Below are positions 1 through 9,019 of a stretch of 56,859 bases of DNA, one piece after another. The notes under the pieces are model-generated. The model saw only the letters and a program-made list of their open reading frames with translations. It was not told the origin of the DNA and made no database searches. The position numbers were made by a program, and so were the translations under genes. The stretch lies in the IMG/VR virus record IMGVR_UViG_3300010371_000042, positions 1 through 56,859 of that record; one strand, 5' to 3'. The first letter of the stretch is position 1. Every line of letters starts with the position of its first letter. Origin of the DNA: a virus (taxonomy: Duplodnaviria > Caudoviricetes).

Positions 1-131
1 ACGATCTTCATCGTACGGGCCTCCTTTCAGGACCGTGCCAGGCCCGGGGCGTTATCAGCGCCGCCGGGCTCTTTCACCCCTCAACCTAGCACCGGGTTCC
101 GGTGTGTCAACCGGATAAGCATGCGGTGTCC
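1..131 (-). mobile_element. Upstream end of an IS1595-family element (TIR 109-123, target duplication 124-131)
   Basis: AACCGGATAAGCATG (109-123) is the exact reverse complement of 56737-56751; followed by CGGTGTCC, also found at 56729-56736; minus strand carries a promoter, RBS AAGGAGG and ATG at 11. Confidence 0.8.
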
Positions 132-296
132 TTCCGGCACGAGGTGCGGGTATCGGCGGATGAACTCCTGCTCGCACTCGAAGTGACAGTGCATGCCATC
201 GGGCCCCCAGCTCCACCGCTTCCCACCTTCTGCCATCGGTGCGCAACGCTCGCCGCATACGATACAGGTCTTCTCCTTGGTCTCAGGCTCGTGCAT
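81..296 (-). CDS. Small Cys/His protein whose 3' end is interrupted by the IS
   Basis: RBS AAGGA upstream, CxxC and HCHxxC motifs; without the IS the frame would continue ...EGHRPRGPQRSFTPSA* near 56689. Confidence 0.55.
   Translation of the reverse strand: MHEPETKEKTCIVCGERCAPMAEGGKRWSWGPDGMHCHFECEQEFIRRYPHLVPEGHRMLIRLTHRNPVLG
83..110 (-). promoter_or_regulatory. sigma70-type promoter inside the IS end
   Basis: TTGACA-N16-TAGGTT with extended -10 TG; spacer contains palindrome CACCGG-N3-CCGGTG. Confidence 0.6.
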
Positions 297-347
297 CTCG
301 TCCGTTCCTTTCCTTTGATTCCTGAGTTGAAGCGCGCACGCGGCGAT

Positions 348-536
348 TCATGTGTCCAACTCGATCCATCCCCTGAGCCCCTCCCACGCGCCGACGCGCC
401 ACGCGTGCAGCGCCGCGGCCGCGCGCGGGCGCAGACCGAACGCCAGCGGCACGCGGAAGGGGCCCAGGGCGATCATCGGTCCCCCGCGGCCGCAAGACGC
501 GCCTCGCGATCGGCGAGTCGCACCGCCGCGAGCCAC
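348..536 (-). CDS. Hypothetical protein (start may be 476)
   Basis: Short ORF in the leftward operon; ATG at 476 overlaps the upstream stop. Confidence 0.4.
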   Translation of the reverse strand: MARGGATRRSRGASCGRGGPMIALGPFRVPLAFGLRPRAAAALHAWRVGAWEGLRGWIELDT

Positions 537-823
537 GAGTGCACCGTCTTCGGAACCACGCCGTAGTCGCGGGCGACGTCGGCGACAGACGCTCCCTCGG
601 CCACGAGCCGCGCTGCTGCGCGCGCCCGGTCCGGCACCGACTGCTCGCCGCGGGGCGCGAACGAGCCGGGAAGGCGCTGGACGCTGCCCTCTTGCCAGAT
701 CCTACGCTCGCCATCCTGCATCTCCACGAGCAACTCGAACCCATGGACCTCAACGACGACGCCCACGCGGTCGGTGTGATGCAGGCGCACGCGGTCGCCG
801 GGGCTCAGCACGACGGGCCTCAC
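473..823 (-). CDS. SH3-like plus helix-turn-helix protein
   Basis: N-terminal PGDRV...GVVVEV beta pattern; C-terminal GASVADVARDYGVVPKTVHSW HTH. Confidence 0.7.
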   Translation of the reverse strand: MRPVVLSPGDRVRLHHTDRVGVVVEVHGFELLVEMQDGERRIWQEGSVQRLPGSFAPRGEQSVPDRARAAARLVAEGASVADVARDYGVVPKTVHSWLAAVRLADREARLAAAGDR

Positions 824-1320
824 GTGCGACCCGCCAGCGCGGCGTCGATGCGCGTCCCGAGATCCGACGTCAACGACGTCGCCAGCTCTGCGCGGGCCTC
901 GCGCAGTAGCGCCTCCACTTCGGCGTACAGCCCCACGTGGAGGTCCCGCGACTCATTCGCCTCGTTGAGCGCTCGCAGCGCATCATCGCGTGCGTTCTCC
1001 GCGTCGGCGGCCCGACGTCCCAGTTCGCGATAGCCGTCGAGCCTCTCGTTGGCCGCGCGCTCGACCATGAATTGGACGTCCTCGCGCGCCTTGTCCCTCT
1101 CGGCGCGGAGCGCCTCGACCTCGGCGTCGACGGGCCCCATGACGCCCACCGGCCCCCGCGGGCACGCGATCGTGAACTCCCCCGCCTGGTCCTGCACGAC
1201 GGTGCGCACCAGGGCGTCGCGCGCTCGCGGAAGCTGCGTCACCTGGACGCCGAGGAGATCGAAGCCGAGGAGCGAGCACTCGGCTTGTAGCGCTACGATG
1301 GCTTTCTCGAGGGGAGTCAT
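820..1320 (-). CDS. Coiled-coil hypothetical protein
   Basis: Start/stop coupling with both neighbours; E/A/R-rich helical C-terminal half. Confidence 0.7.
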   Translation of the reverse strand: MTPLEKAIVALQAECSLLGFDLLGVQVTQLPRARDALVRTVVQDQAGEFTIACPRGPVGVMGPVDAEVEALRAERDKAREDVQFMVERAANERLDGYRELGRRAADAENARDDALRALNEANESRDLHVGLYAEVEALLREARAELATSLTSDLGTRIDAALAGRT

Positions 1321-1871
1321 GCGGTCTCCGTCATGAAGTCGTCGTCACCAAACACCTCGTCATCGAACGGGGCACCGGTGGCGTCCTCGGGCGCCGACGC
1401 GGGCGGTGCGCCCGGTCGCGTACCGCTGGCTCCGGGTCGCCGCCCCGTCGGTCGCCCGCCGCCGCCAGGTCGCCCCGGCGCGGGCGCGCGGGCGTCCGAG
1501 CCCGGTCGCGCCCCCGACGCCGCGGGCTCGGGTGGCGTCCACCCCGAGCGCAGGCGCCGGGCCCACGTGCGCGCGCGGCGCGCGTCGATACGCGAATACG
1601 TCGCGTACTTCTCCTTGCCCGGCTTCGGGTTGTCGGCCGACCACGCGAGCGCCTCGGCGAGCACGTCGAGAAAGTCAGGCTCGCAGGCGCTGAAGTGCCG
1701 ACCGACGTGGTTCGCGCCGTGCCACGCCTTCGGCGAGAATCGCACCTCGGGGTCCGCGCGGGGCCCGCGCATCTCCTCGTCGCTCGCGAAGAGGCCCGAG
1801 GCGCGCTCGAGGTACGCAACGCGCGCCTGCAGCGCCGCGAAGGCCTCCCGGAGCTTCTCCTCGTCGATCAC
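1317..1871 (-). CDS. Hypothetical protein with acidic C-terminal tail (possible ssDNA-binding partner)
   Basis: GTG at 1871 overlaps upstream TGA; P/G-rich linker and PFDDEVFGDDDF tail; next to recombination genes. Confidence 0.6.
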   Translation of the reverse strand: MIDEEKLREAFAALQARVAYLERASGLFASDEEMRGPRADPEVRFSPKAWHGANHVGRHFSACEPDFLDVLAEALAWSADNPKPGKEKYATYSRIDARRARTWARRLRSGWTPPEPAASGARPGSDARAPAPGRPGGGGRPTGRRPGASGTRPGAPPASAPEDATGAPFDDEVFGDDDFMTETA

Positions 1872-2998
1872 GCGGCCCGTCCTCGCTGCGGCTTCGGCGC
1901 GTTGACGGTGCGGACCTGCTTGATCTCGACGCTGTTGTAGCAGCCCGCGATCTGCTCCTTCGTCGCGCCGAGCTGCTCGAGGAGCGCGAGCGCCGCCTTC
2001 GCGCTGAACTGCTCCTTCGGATACGCGATGCTCTTCGCGGCGTGCATGCCGTCGGGCAGGAGCACCACGCCCACGCGGTGGATCCGACCCTTGAGCGAGT
2101 CGAGGATCCGCTCGAGCAGCGGCGCCGCTCGGTCGTGCGCCTTCTCCCACGCCGCCCCCACCTCGTGCGGCGTCATCGCCTCCACGCGCGCATCGAGTGC
2201 CGCGAGGTCCGACAGCATGGCGCGCGCGAGCCGCATCTTCGCCGGGCAGTGGTCGGACGCCGGGCAGTGGTCGCACCACGAGCCCTCGGCGACGTCCGGT
2301 GTCCCGCCAGCGAGGTACACGCGCCGCGCATCGTGCCCGCGCTCGAGCGCCGCCTCGTACTCGTCGAGGAAGAGATCCACGTCGAGGCGCGTGAAGACGA
2401 AGCGGTCGCGATCCCACACATCGCCGGAGGCGCGGACCTTGGCGATCCGAAACTCCACCTCGTCGACATCCCACTCCGTGAGCATGATCGCCGCGGCGAA
2501 GAAGAGACCCTGGCCGTTTCGTTCCGCGGGGGTGACGTCGAGGAAGCCCGTCTTCGTATCGAGCACGACGACGCGGCGCGGGATGGTGCGATGCCGCCCC
2601 TTGATGTCCAGGCTCCCGGGCACCTCCGTGTCCGCGAGCGGCGCGCCAGTTCGCGCCGCGGCCTGCTCGTAGCCACGCCCGATGTTGTGGCCGAGCATCC
2701 GCGCCGCGCGGGCGTGCACGTCGATCGCGTACGCGACCTCGCACTCGAGGTCCGCGAGATCCCCGCCGAGCGCCGACCAGTCGATGAGCACGCACGTCGC
2801 GCGGTACGCCGGCTCGACCTGCTCGAGCGCTTCGCGGGGATCGCGCCCGGTCAGGGCGTCACGGATGTAGCCGTGGAGCTGCGTGCCGCGCGCTGCCCAC
2901 GGGCCGGAGCGATCGACACGCGGGAACGCGAGCCACGCCGGGCACGCGAGCGTCCGATCGCTGGCCGACGCGGAGCCGTTCGGGAGGGCGGCGCTCAT
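1868..2998 (-). CDS. PD-(D/E)XK Cas4-like exonuclease (DUF2800-like)
   Basis: SAS..CP, RGTQLH, GSLD...DTKTG, C-terminal WCDHCP...CP cluster. Confidence 0.85.
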   Translation of the reverse strand: MSAALPNGSASASDRTLACPAWLAFPRVDRSGPWAARGTQLHGYIRDALTGRDPREALEQVEPAYRATCVLIDWSALGGDLADLECEVAYAIDVHARAARMLGHNIGRGYEQAAARTGAPLADTEVPGSLDIKGRHRTIPRRVVVLDTKTGFLDVTPAERNGQGLFFAAAIMLTEWDVDEVEFRIAKVRASGDVWDRDRFVFTRLDVDLFLDEYEAALERGHDARRVYLAGGTPDVAEGSWCDHCPASDHCPAKMRLARAMLSDLAALDARVEAMTPHEVGAAWEKAHDRAAPLLERILDSLKGRIHRVGVVLLPDGMHAAKSIAYPKEQFSAKAALALLEQLGATKEQIAGCYNSVEIKQVRTVNAPKPQRGRAA

Positions 2999-4056
2999 TG
3001 GGCCTGACCGAAGGGGGGCTCGGGGAAGTCGGGCCCGTCGTAGGCGTCGCCGCGCTTCTCCGGGGGCAGGTACTGGCCGCGCGGCTGCGTGGGCGCGGGC
3101 GTGGGCGTGGGCGCGGGCGCGGGCGCCACCTTTTTCGCCTCGCCGACGGTCATGTTGTAGAAGCGCTGGCACTCGTCCACGAGATCCTTCGGAGCCTCGG
3201 CCGAGAAGCGCTTGAACGTCTCGCGCATCGCCTTGATCCGATCGCGATCACGAGCCCCGACGGCGTCGGAGATCTCCTGCTTGAGCGCCTCGGCTTCCGC
3301 CGCGAAGTCGCGCGCGGGCGTCGCCGCGGCCTGGGGCGGCGCGGGCACGTGCGCGGGGATCTGCCCGCGGGTCGCCGCCTCCGCCGCGGCGCGGAGCTCC
3401 CGCTCGGAGCGCTCCTCGTCCTCGATGTCCTCGCGCGTGGCGAGCGAGTTGAGGACGTCCGCGCCGATGATGTCGCAGAGCCGCCCGCACGCGCGCCACT
3501 GCAGCATGGGCCCCGGGTGCCGGTCGTAGTTGTTGAGCGAGGCCCCGGCGGAGTTGGTGCGCCCGTCGCCACGCCCCACGAGGCCCGCGACGCGCGCGTC
3601 CTCGATGGTGAACCGGTACTCGATCGGCTCCTCGCCGGGGCCGACGCGCTTGGCCACCCAGATCGCCTCGTCGTCGCCGAGCTTCTTCGGGCGGATGTAC
3701 TCGATGACGTCCTTGCGCGACTGCAGGAGCGCGAGCTTCAGCTTCGCGTACATGCACGGCGTCTTGAGACCCGTCTTCTGGTTCTCGACGAGAGCGATCC
3801 CCTGGATCGAAGCCATCGCGGGGATGCCGAGGGGGCGGCCGATCAGGATGCGCGCATACGCCTCGTCGGGGGTCGCGGTCAGCGCCGACGCGGCGGCGGC
3901 CTGCGCGATCTCCCATCCCTCGTCGGGCGTCGTCGGCTCGAGCGCGAGGCGGTAGCGCTCCGTCTGGTCGTTGAACTCGAGGAGCGTCGGGTTGCGGCGC
4001 ACGATGGGCGCGGGCGCGGCGGGGGCGGTTCCGTTCTGCGGGGCGGTGGCAGTCAT
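2995..4056 (-). CDS. RecT-like ssDNA annealing protein
   Basis: GRPLGIPAMASIQGI, FTIEDARVAGL, NYDRHPGPMLQWRA motifs; adjacent to exonuclease. Confidence 0.75.
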   Translation of the reverse strand: MTATAPQNGTAPAAPAPIVRRNPTLLEFNDQTERYRLALEPTTPDEGWEIAQAAAASALTATPDEAYARILIGRPLGIPAMASIQGIALVENQKTGLKTPCMYAKLKLALLQSRKDVIEYIRPKKLGDDEAIWVAKRVGPGEEPIEYRFTIEDARVAGLVGRGDGRTNSAGASLNNYDRHPGPMLQWRACGRLCDIIGADVLNSLATREDIEDEERSERELRAAAEAATRGQIPAHVPAPPQAAATPARDFAAEAEALKQEISDAVGARDRDRIKAMRETFKRFSAEAPKDLVDECQRFYNMTVGEAKKVAPAPAPTPTPAPTQPRGQYLPPEKRGDAYDGPDFPEPPFGQAQ

Positions 4057-4093
4057 CGAAGTTGGATCCTTTCGTGGAGTGGCAAGTTGGGAG

Positions 4094-4288
4094 TCACGCC
4101 GCGCGGAGGCCCAGCGCGATCTCGACGTCACGGAGCGTCGTCGCGAGCACCGGGTCGGCGACGCGCGGCAGGCCGTCGTCGTCGATTGCGACCTGGCGGT
4201 TCGCGAGGAAGCGGAGCTTCACGCCCGGGTCGAGCGAGCGCCACACGGCGCGGTGGATGGGTTCGTGGTGGACGAGGCCGAGCTTCAT
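4094..4288 (-). CDS. Hypothetical protein
   Basis: RBS AAGGAGG, ATG overlapping upstream stop. Confidence 0.65.
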   Translation of the reverse strand: MKLGLVHHEPIHRAVWRSLDPGVKLRFLANRQVAIDDDGLPRVADPVLATTLRDVEIALGLRAA

Positions 4289-4641
4289 CAGACGGCCTCC
4301 TTGACTGCGAGCGCCTCGACAGCAGCCACGGGCGGGAAGCACGCAGCCACGATCGCGTCGGCGAGAGCGCGGCGGCGCTTCCGGATCACGGGGCCCATCG
4401 CCCACGACTCGTCGTCGTCCAGATCGAGGCTCTCGAACCTGTAGAGAGACGCCACCGCCTTGAGGATGTCCGGGCGGTCCACCAACTCGTCGACCTGCGC
4501 TCGATCCGCAAGCACGCCGCCGACGTTGTCCCAGGCGCGCGCCAGGCGATGGGCGCTCTCCTCCTGGAGAGCCGGATACCGGGCGTTCCCCTTGTGCTCC
4601 TGCAGCGCGTTCACGAACTCGATGATCTCGGCGATGTTCAC
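4288..4641 (-). CDS. Hypothetical protein
   Basis: RBS AAGGAG, GTGA coupling. Confidence 0.7.
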   Translation of the reverse strand: MNIAEIIEFVNALQEHKGNARYPALQEESAHRLARAWDNVGGVLADRAQVDELVDRPDILKAVASLYRFESLDLDDDESWAMGPVIRKRRRALADAIVAACFPPVAAVEALAVKEAV

Positions 4642-4871
4642 GTGTGGCTCCTTCCCCGCGCGGCGAGCGCGGTGCGGATCTTCGTTTCGGAGTCGGACGG
4701 CGGCAGGGAGTCGAAGGCGGCGGCCATGCGCCGGAGCGCGCCCTCCGCCGCGGCGCTCTGGCGCGGGTAGGCCTTCGCGAGGCCCTTGATCTCGAGCAGC
4801 CCGTCGAGCGCGGCCTGCGCGGCGGCGCGCCACTGGCGGCCGGTGGGCTTCGGGGTGCGGGCGCCGGTCAC
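4638..4871 (-). CDS. Hypothetical protein
   Basis: GTGA coupling at both ends. Confidence 0.65.
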   Translation of the reverse strand: MTGARTPKPTGRQWRAAAQAALDGLLEIKGLAKAYPRQSAAAEGALRRMAAAFDSLPPSDSETKIRTALAARGRSHT

Positions 4872-5050
4872 GGCCGGACCTCGCGCAGGAGCTTCGAGCC
4901 CTCGCAGGGCTCCGGGTAGAGCGAGACGACGAAGTGGTCGAGCGGATGCTCCGACTGCGCGAAGACGTAATACGACCTACCGGTCGCGCTCGCGCGGCGC
5001 TGCGCAGCGGCCAGCGCGTCGTCGAACTTCAGGAAGCGCGGGGGCCTCAC
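4868..5050 (-). CDS. Hypothetical protein
   Basis: GTGA coupling at both ends. Confidence 0.6.
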   Translation of the reverse strand: MRPPRFLKFDDALAAAQRRASATGRSYYVFAQSEHPLDHFVVSLYPEPCEGSKLLREVRP

Positions 5051-5319
5051 GCTGCCCTCGCGCGCGCGGCCTCGCGCTCGTCGATGCGCGCCAGCTCGCG
5101 CCGGGCGAGGGCCAGCGCGGCATCGTAGGTGCGTCGCACGAAGAGGCGCCGAACGCCCGGACCGCGCTCCTCGATGACCACCATTTGGCGCCGGGTCCTC
5201 ACGAAGTAGACGGTGTGACCGTCCGAAGCGGCGCCGCGTTCGATGTCCGCGAAGCCGTACTCGCCGATGACGTGCACGCTCAACGGCGAGACGTAGAAGC
5301 GGCCGATGCGGCGGCTCAA
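5047..5319 (-). CDS. Hypothetical protein
   Basis: TTGA coupling, operon context. Confidence 0.6.
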   Translation of the reverse strand: MSRRIGRFYVSPLSVHVIGEYGFADIERGAASDGHTVYFVRTRRQMVVIEERGPGVRRLFVRRTYDAALALARRELARIDEREAARARAA

Positions 5320-5561
5320 GACGCCACCCCGAGCGCAGCCGCGCTCCGGGCCGCGCGGAGGCAGCGCACGCAGACCGCGCCGCCGGAGAGCGTCGCGACG
5401 GCCGGCATGCCGCAGCCGCGCGTGTCGCAGGGGACGACCGTCGCCGCGCGGGCCATCGCCTGCGCGCGCATCATCGCGACGAGGTGCGGACGGCCGCGGA
5501 GCTGCCCGCGGGCGAAGCGCGGGAGGCGCACCATCATGGTGCCGAGGGGGAGCCGGATCAC
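5316..5561 (-). CDS. Small zinc-finger-like protein
   Basis: GTG at 5561; CxxxxC...CxxC. Confidence 0.5.
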   Translation of the reverse strand: MIRLPLGTMMVRLPRFARGQLRGRPHLVAMMRAQAMARAATVVPCDTRGCGMPAVATLSGGAVCVRCLRAARSAAALGVAS

Positions 5562-5941
5562 GTCGCCACCTTCGGCGTCAGCGCGACGGAGATATCGCAG
5601 ACGACCATGCAGCCGCTCTCGATCACGAAGCCGCCGTAGAGGCTGCCGTCCTCGCCCACGAAATACCCCGACAGCTTCCCGGTGATCATCGGCGCGATGA
5701 GCGCGAGCGTCTTCTCGCTGACGTGATTGCCGTTGAACCAACACTGGTGCTTCGGGATGTCGACGCGTCCGTCCGGCATCCCGACATCGATGGCGTCATT
5801 CGCCGCGTTCCTCATGGCGTCGAGAAAGCTCGACTCGACGAAGGCGTCGCCCTTCGCAAGGGCTCGACGCGCCCTCCCGACGTCGATCGCCCTCATGTTC
5901 GCGGCGCACTCGATCGTGACCAATTGACCGCGGTAGCTCAC
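5558..5941 (-). CDS. Hypothetical protein
   Basis: GTGA coupling, globular composition. Confidence 0.7.
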   Translation of the reverse strand: MSYRGQLVTIECAANMRAIDVGRARRALAKGDAFVESSFLDAMRNAANDAIDVGMPDGRVDIPKHQCWFNGNHVSEKTLALIAPMITGKLSGYFVGEDGSLYGGFVIESGCMVVCDISVALTPKVAT

Positions 5942-6279
5942 GACACGGCCTCGAACGCCGGCGGCGGCGCGGGGATGGTGTCATGCGCGCGCGGCACCGG
6001 CTGGATCACGAGGTCGATGCGGGCGACGTCGGACGTGCGCCGGAGCGCGTCGAGCAGCTCCTCCAGGTCCGCGCGGGCGCTCGAGGGCCACGCGATGCAG
6101 CGACGCGGCGGCGAGTACTTGCCCGCGCCGACGAGGGGGAAGTCGTGATCCAAGTCGGCCCCGAACGCGTCGACGAAGTCGCGCAGCGTGTCGGGGTGGC
6201 CGGAGAGAACGACGGCGATTCCGCCGTCGCTCGTGGTCGGGGTCGCGGTGATCGGGTCCGTGGGGTGGCACCGTTCCAT
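5938..6279 (-). CDS. First gene of leftward early operon, probably leaderless
   Basis: ATG 8 nt from the -10 hexamer of the leftward promoter. Confidence 0.65.
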   Translation of the reverse strand: MERCHPTDPITATPTTSDGGIAVVLSGHPDTLRDFVDAFGADLDHDFPLVGAGKYSPPRRCIAWPSSARADLEELLDALRRTSDVARIDLVIQPVPRAHDTIPAPPPAFEAVS

Positions 6280-6286
6280 GGGTGCC

Positions 6287-6328
6287 AATGTAACGCTCCA
6301 TACGGAACCGTGTCAAGCGGAACGTTCC
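6287..6328 (-). promoter_or_regulatory. PL-like promoter with operator
   Basis: TTGACA (6316-6311)-N18-TACATT; palindrome GGAACGTTCC at 6319-6328. Confidence 0.75.
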
Positions 6329-6370
6329 ACGAAACCGCCAGCCCGTAGCGGGCTCCGTCTGGGAGACCGT

Positions 6371-6706
6371 CTACCGTCTGGCGATCATCGCGGAGGGCGG
6401 GATGGGCGTCTCGTCACTTTTAGGACGGGCGTCGGAGGGTCGATCCTCCTTCGCCCGAGCGCTCCGTCGTTGCAGCAGCTCCGCGAGCTGCTTTTTGCCG
6501 GCGATGTAATCGTTCAGGTCCGAAACCGAAATCCCGTAGCCACGAGCCACTGCCTCCAGTGACCTGAACTTGGAGAGCCCACGTTTCGCGGTCTCCCATC
6601 GGTTGTACGTCGTCCTGGACACGCCGCATCGCTCTGCGGCGTCGTCCTGCGACCAGCCGAAGGCTGCGCGCAGAGCTGTCAGGGGTCCGCTTCTCTCCGG
6701 CTTCAT
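6371..6706 (-). CDS. XRE-family HTH repressor (CI-like); alternative start 6745
   Basis: LRAAFGWSQDDAAERCGVSRTTYNRWE HTH_3 pattern; divergent from Cro-like gene; no C-terminal S24 peptidase domain. Confidence 0.88.
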   Translation of the reverse strand: MKPERSGPLTALRAAFGWSQDDAAERCGVSRTTYNRWETAKRGLSKFRSLEAVARGYGISVSDLNDYIAGKKQLAELLQRRSARAKEDRPSDARPKSDETPIPPSAMIARR

Positions 6707-6763
6707 GTTGTTGCCCACGTTCCGAATGGTACCTTTTTGGGACACCCAGTCACCGCTCCACGC

Positions 6764-6804
6764 GGAACGTTCCCCTTGACGCGCTCCGAGTGGAACGTTA
6801 TGGT
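6764..6804 (+). promoter_or_regulatory. PR-like promoter with operators
   Basis: TTGACG (6776-6781)-N17-TATGGT (6799-6804); GGAACGTTCC at 6764-6773 and GGAACGTT at 6792-6799. Confidence 0.8.
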
Positions 6805-6810
6805 CCGCTC

Positions 6811-7113
6811 ATGCCTCGGGCTCGCACGTACGGACCGCACCTCACCGCTGCCGCGCTCGACCTGCGCAAGTACATCGACGCGCAGCACATGAGCGTCCCG
6901 ACCTTCTGCGAAGTGCACGGCCTCGACCGCATCCAGGTCCAGCGGATGCTCAACGGTCAACGCGAGCGCGTGTCCACGGCATTCGCGCAGGCCATCCAGA
7001 TCGCGACGAACGGCGCCGTGGTCTGGTCGCGCTGGAACGTGCGCGTCGCGCCGCCGCCGCGGGCCGACGAGAGCGGATCGCACGCGGCCGTGACGGTCGA
7101 GAGGGCGGGCTGA
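6811..7113 (+). CDS. Cro-like HTH protein, probably leaderless
   Basis: HTH-like core and IQIATNGAV...W pattern typical of Cro/YdaS proteins; ATG 7 nt after -10. Confidence 0.75.
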   Translation: MPRARTYGPHLTAAALDLRKYIDAQHMSVPTFCEVHGLDRIQVQRMLNGQRERVSTAFAQAIQIATNGAVVWSRWNVRVAPPPRADESGSHAAVTVERAG

Positions 7114-7114
7114 C

Positions 7115-7474
7115 ATGGGCGACTCGAAGCCTGCCATGCGGATCGAGGCTGCGCTGTCGTCGCCCGCGACGACTGAGCACCGCGCGAAGCGCATCGGCGG
7201 GGCGCCGTTCGTGTCTCCGTCGTACCGCCGCGCGAAGGCGCTCGTCGCCGACTCGCTGCGCGCGCGGATGCTCGCCGCGGGCGTCTCGCAGCGGGGCATG
7301 GCCTCCGCGGCCGGCGTGAATCTCCGGCTCGTGCAGGCGTGGATCGATCCGGCGGGCCCGAACGGCCTGCGTCTCGACCTCGCGCTGACCGTCGCCCTGG
7401 ACGGCGACGACGACGCGCGCGCTGCGATGGCGGCGGTCCTGCGCGACGTGCTCGCGGCAATCGAACGCGGGTAA
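7115..7474 (+). CDS. HTH protein in CII position
   Basis: GVSQRGMASAAGVNLRLVQAW HTH; directly after Cro-like gene. Confidence 0.65.
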   Translation: MGDSKPAMRIEAALSSPATTEHRAKRIGGAPFVSPSYRRAKALVADSLRARMLAAGVSQRGMASAAGVNLRLVQAWIDPAGPNGLRLDLALTVALDGDDDARAAMAAVLRDVLAAIERG

Positions 7475-7615
7475 CGAAGAAATCAAACGCCGTTCAGGTA
7501 CGGCTCCCGTGACGACTGAGACTCCGTTTCGCGCGTTCGAGGGATTTTCAATGGGACATCGGCTCATGACCCTGACCGAGCTCTCTGACCTCTTGCTGTC
7601 TGCGTTGGACGACGA

Positions 7616-9019
7616 ATGCGACCTCGCCGAATCCTCGGATACGCCCGCGTCTCCTCCGCCGAGCAGGCCGTCGGAACGTCGCTGTCGGACCAGCAAGCCG
7701 TCATCCGCGCGCACGCGGCGAAAGGTGGCGTAGTTGTCCACCGGATGTACGTCGAGGCCGAGTCGGCCGTGCACGAGAAGCTTGAGCGGCGGGAGCAGAT
7801 CCGCGCGCTGCTCGACGACGTGCGCGAGGGCGATCTGGTGCTCGTCGATAAGATCGACCGGTGGAGTCGCGATCCCGAATTCACCTATCGGAGCATTCGA
7901 GAGATCCTTGAGCGCGGCGCGAGCTTCTACGCGGTGGGCGACTCCTGCGATCCCTCGACCCCCGAGGGCGACACGATGCTCAACTTCCGCGTACTCTTCG
8001 CGCGCGAGGAGCACAAGCGAATCAAGACCCGCATGGTGGGAACCCGGAAGCTGCTGCGCGACCGGGGCTACTACGCCGACGGACTGCCCCCGTGGGGCTA
8101 CCGCCGCCAGGACGTGCGCGGTGCCGACCGCAACGTGCTGCTCGTCGATCCTGAGCAGGCGGACCGCGTTCGTGACGTATTCCGCCTGTGCATCGCCGGG
8201 TACTCGCTCGCGAACATCGCTTCTCGCGTGGGCGAGAACCGAGACCGCGTGGCTCACACGCTGCACAACCGCATCTACCTCGGCGAGGTGCGGGACGCGC
8301 GCGGGCAGTGGATCCGCGGACGGCACGAGGCCATCGTCGACGCACACACCTTTGAGGCGGTGCGGGAGTCGATGCGCTCGCGGATGCTGGGCGACCGCAA
8401 GCCGCGCAGCCAATCGCGCACGGCCACATGGTGGCTCCGTGACATCGCGTACTGCATCCACTGCGGCGGCAAGATGTCTGCGGTCTACGGTCGCAGCGGT
8501 ACCGACTGGGCTCGCGACTACTTGCGCTGCTACCATCGGTGCGCGGACGCGAAGCGCATGGTGCGCGTGCGGGAGCTCGAGCAGGAGTGCGACCCGATGA
8601 TCGCCGCGCGGCTCGTGGAGCTCCGCGATCTGCTAGCCGCGCCCCCCGCGGCGCGCCCGCGCGTAGCCGTCAATGTGGCGCCGGCGCTCGAGCGCTTGTC
8701 GCGGAAGCGCGCGCGCCTGCTCGAGACGTACGCGGACGGCGTGTCGACGCGCGAGGAGCTGCACGCGGCGCTCGCGAAGGTCGACGCGGAGCGCGACCGC
8801 CTTGAGGCATTGCGCTGCGGCCCCGCGCCGGTGAAGCCCGAAGAGAGGCGCGCCGCGCTGCGCGCCATCGACGAGGTCCGCCGCGCGTGGGCGAAGATTA
8901 CGGCGATGCAGCGTCGCCCGGCGGTGAACGCGATCGCCCGCCGGGTGCTCATTGGACACGGCGAGACGCCGCGGTTTGAGTGGTTCTCGCCCGACGAGTT
9001 GGCGCGGAGGCTTCCGTGA
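7616..9019 (+). CDS. Large serine recombinase (integrase)
   Basis: YARVSS catalytic motif, KIDRWSR, recombinase domain (PPWGY, G.HEAIVD), zinc ribbon CIHCG...C..C, coiled coil. Confidence 0.95.
   Translation: MRPRRILGYARVSSAEQAVGTSLSDQQAVIRAHAAKGGVVVHRMYVEAESAVHEKLERREQIRALLDDVREGDLVLVDKIDRWSRDPEFTYRSIREILERGASFYAVGDSCDPSTPEGDTMLNFRVLFAREEHKRIKTRMVGTRKLLRDRGYYADGLPPWGYRRQDVRGADRNVLLVDPEQADRVRDVFRLCIAGYSLANIASRVGENRDRVAHTLHNRIYLGEVRDARGQWIRGRHEAIVDAHTFEAVRESMRSRMLGDRKPRSQSRTATWWLRDIAYCIHCGGKMSAVYGRSGTDWARDYLRCYHRCADAKRMVRVRELEQECDPMIAARLVELRDLLAAPPAARPRVAVNVAPALERLSRKRARLLETYADGVSTREELHAALAKVDAERDRLEALRCGPAPVKPEERRAALRAIDEVRRAWAKITAMQRRPAVNAIARRVLIGHGETPRFEWFSPDELARRLP

Noticed and set aside
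1868-2998. Cas4 as part of a CRISPR system
   Set aside because: Context is a phage exonuclease-annealase recombination pair
7509-7733. 74-aa ORF overlapping the integrase start
   Set aside because: No clear RBS or motif; about half overlaps the integrase out of frame, so not supported as a gene
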